Positions 61,939 through 64,000 of a DNA stretch of 64,000 nt are shown here, piece after piece. The translations under genes were made by a program, and so were the position numbers. Every line of letters starts with the position of its first letter. Position 1 is the stretch's first letter. The notes under the pieces are model-generated. The model worked only from the letters and a program-made list of their open reading frames with translations, was not told the origin of the DNA and did no database searches. The stretch comes from Sphaerodactylus townsendi (lineage: Eukaryota): positions 30,380,001 through 30,444,000 of the forward strand of contig NC_059439.1 in NCBI RefSeq assembly GCF_021028975.2, in the 5' to 3' direction.

Positions 61939-62753
61939 ATAGTGTGTCTGTCACAGAAAGCAGGAGGACTGCTTAAGATAGGGAAAGTTATTATTGAGTG
62001 GGGGGGCTGATAAGTACAGTAGATCAGGTACCGAGGACTTAGGCCCCTTCCGCACATGCAGAACAATGCACTCTCAATCCACTTTCAATGCACTTTGCAG
62101 CTGGGCGGAATAGCAAAATCCACTTGCAAACAGTTGTGAAAGTGGATTGAAAGTGCATTATTCTGCATGCGCATGTGCACGAAGAACATGTCAGCGCATT
62201 ACAAGAAACAGACCTGACAGCGCCCCTACCAGAACACTTACCATTTAAGGCTCCAGGCAAGTAGCCACATTAATCTGCAGTATGAGTGCAAGATTCAAGT
62301 CTAGCAGCACTTTAAAGACAAACAAGATTTCCAGGGTATAAGCTTTCAAGAGTCAAGACTCCCTTTGCTAGAATTGAAGGCTTAGTTCTCAGGGCCAAGG
62401 TATAGGAGGCAGTGGTATTTTTATTTCACTAGCACAGGGGTCTGCAACCTGCGGCTCTCCAGATGTTCATGGACTACAATTCCCATCAGCCCCTGGCAGC
62501 ATGGCCTACATTAGAGCAGGGGTCTGCAACCTGTGGCCATGCTGGCAGGGGCTGATGGGATTTGTAGTCCACGGACATCTGGAGAGCCACAGGTTGCAGA
62601 CCTCTGAACTAGCAGCTATGGAGAGGGCAGTTAAATATTCCCTCGTTCAGGGACAGTGCTGCCATCAAAACTGCTGCTTCTTTTAAAATGAAGGGGAAGG
62701 GAAGATCAGATGCTGGATTTCCTGTCTGTTCATCCTCTTCCAGGGCACAGGTA

Positions 62754-62997
62754 CCCAGTTTCTCCGAAAATAAGACAGGGTCTTATATTAATTTTTGCTC
62801 CAAAAGAGGCAGGGCTTATGTTTAGGTGATGTCTTATTTTTTCCATGAACAACAGTCAACATTTATTTTCTCAATATAATCTGTCACTGGGTCTTATTTT
62901 TGGAGTCGGGCTTATATTTCAAGCATCCTCCAAAAATCGCAAAAAAATCATGCAAGGGCTTATTTTCAGGGTAGGGCTTATTTTCAGGGAAATAGGG
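62754..62997. mobile_element. Tc1/mariner-pogo-type MITE (related subfamily)
   Basis: Similar TIRs and TA flanks. Confidence 0.7.
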
Positions 62998-63207
62998 TAG
63001 TAAACCTGTTTCCGGGTTGCAGATTAAATATTCCTACGTATAAAAGGGAAAAAAAGTCTCTTTGAAAAGCTGCCTGCCACGAAGAGGGGCTCTCTCCACC
63101 ACATTAGTAGAGGGCATTTCTTTGGTACGGTGAAAAATTCAAGCATGCACACAAATCATCCAAAGTTTGAAGTGGTACAGTCCTGAGATAAATTTAACAC
63201 CTTAGGT

Positions 63208-63603
63208 CAGTGGTGGCAAACCTATGGCACGGGTGCCAGAGGTGGCACTCAGAGCCCTCTCTGGGCACTCGCGCACAGAGTTCATCATGTGGGGGGGTGG
63301 AAAATCCCCACACACACATCTAGGCTGGCCTGGGCATGATCCTTTACCTAGGAGGAAGCTCGATTGCTGGCAATGGGGCTTGCTTCTGAGTAAACCCTTC
63401 TAGGATCGTGATTCACCCATTTGAAGCATTACACGGTTGCTTCACTAAGCTTACTCCTGAGTAACACGTGTCTCGGAGCCAACCTTTTTTCTAAACTAAA
63501 ACCTCAGTATTCAGGTTAAATTGCTGTGTTGGCACTTTGCGAAAAATAAGTGGGTTTTGGTTGCAATTTGGGCACTCGGTCTCGAAAAGGTTTGTCATCA
63601 CTG
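63208..63603 (-). mobile_element. hAT-type non-autonomous element
   Basis: Reverse orientation of the 3554 family; TSD CCTTAGGT. Confidence 0.9.
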
Positions 63604-64000
63604 CCTTAGGTGTTAGGGAGAGTGACAGGCTTCTTTCCTTAGCATCGCTGGGTTGTTCCGCCAACGTTTCCTCCAACCTCTTCTCCCCACCCAAAGTGTG
63701 CATGAAGGTTTATAAAGTTGAACCTCAAAGGAAAAGAGCATACATAATTAAAAAGTGGTGATTACACAAGAAAAGGAGAAAAAGCAGGTACTATGACTGT
63801 AGGCTCCTTTGAGAAGAGGGATCCAGTCATTTGAAGGGTGGAAGGCAGGGAACCAGCATTTCTTATCAGTGAACCCTCCCTTTTTATTTTTTACACCCAC
63901 AGGACAATGTTTCCAGTGAAAAAGGGATACTGTGGAGCACTGCTGGCTAAATTTGCTCACAAGTGAGTGATGGCATTAAATGATTGACCTGCTCAGTTTT

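Overview
Vertebrate genomic DNA, most likely a squamate and probably a gecko (inferred from Squam3/Squam2-type SINEs and the CR1/Penelope/hAT repeat landscape). The window is the inverted equivalent of the human 16p11.2 block. Left to right: a 5'-partial SCAN-C2H2 zinc-finger gene (+), SLX1 (-), BOLA2 (+, head-to-head with SLX1), CORO1A (-), MAPK3/ERK1 (+) and a 3'-partial GDPD3 (+). I rebuilt exon chains by hand. SLX1 (299 aa), BOLA2 (91 aa), CORO1A (461 aa) and MAPK3 (376 aa) splice into intact frames. Introns are dense in tRNA-derived SINEs, palindromic hAT/Harbinger/Tc-mariner MITEs, CR1/L2/RTE fragments and Penelope-type inverted repeats. The most unusual structure is a ~2.95 kb head-to-tail array in MAPK3 intron 1: 22 copies of the terminal 123 bp of a CR1 LINE, extending from a truncated CR1 insertion. 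Other leads: a SCAN exon retaining an extended Gypsy-Gag capsid region, minimal hammerhead-ribozyme cores in Penelope palindromes, a recurrent SINE + 285-bp unknown cargo composite, MITEs carrying paired ZNF143/THAP11-type motifs, and a U12 intron with a distant branch site. All calls are by eye; no searches were run.
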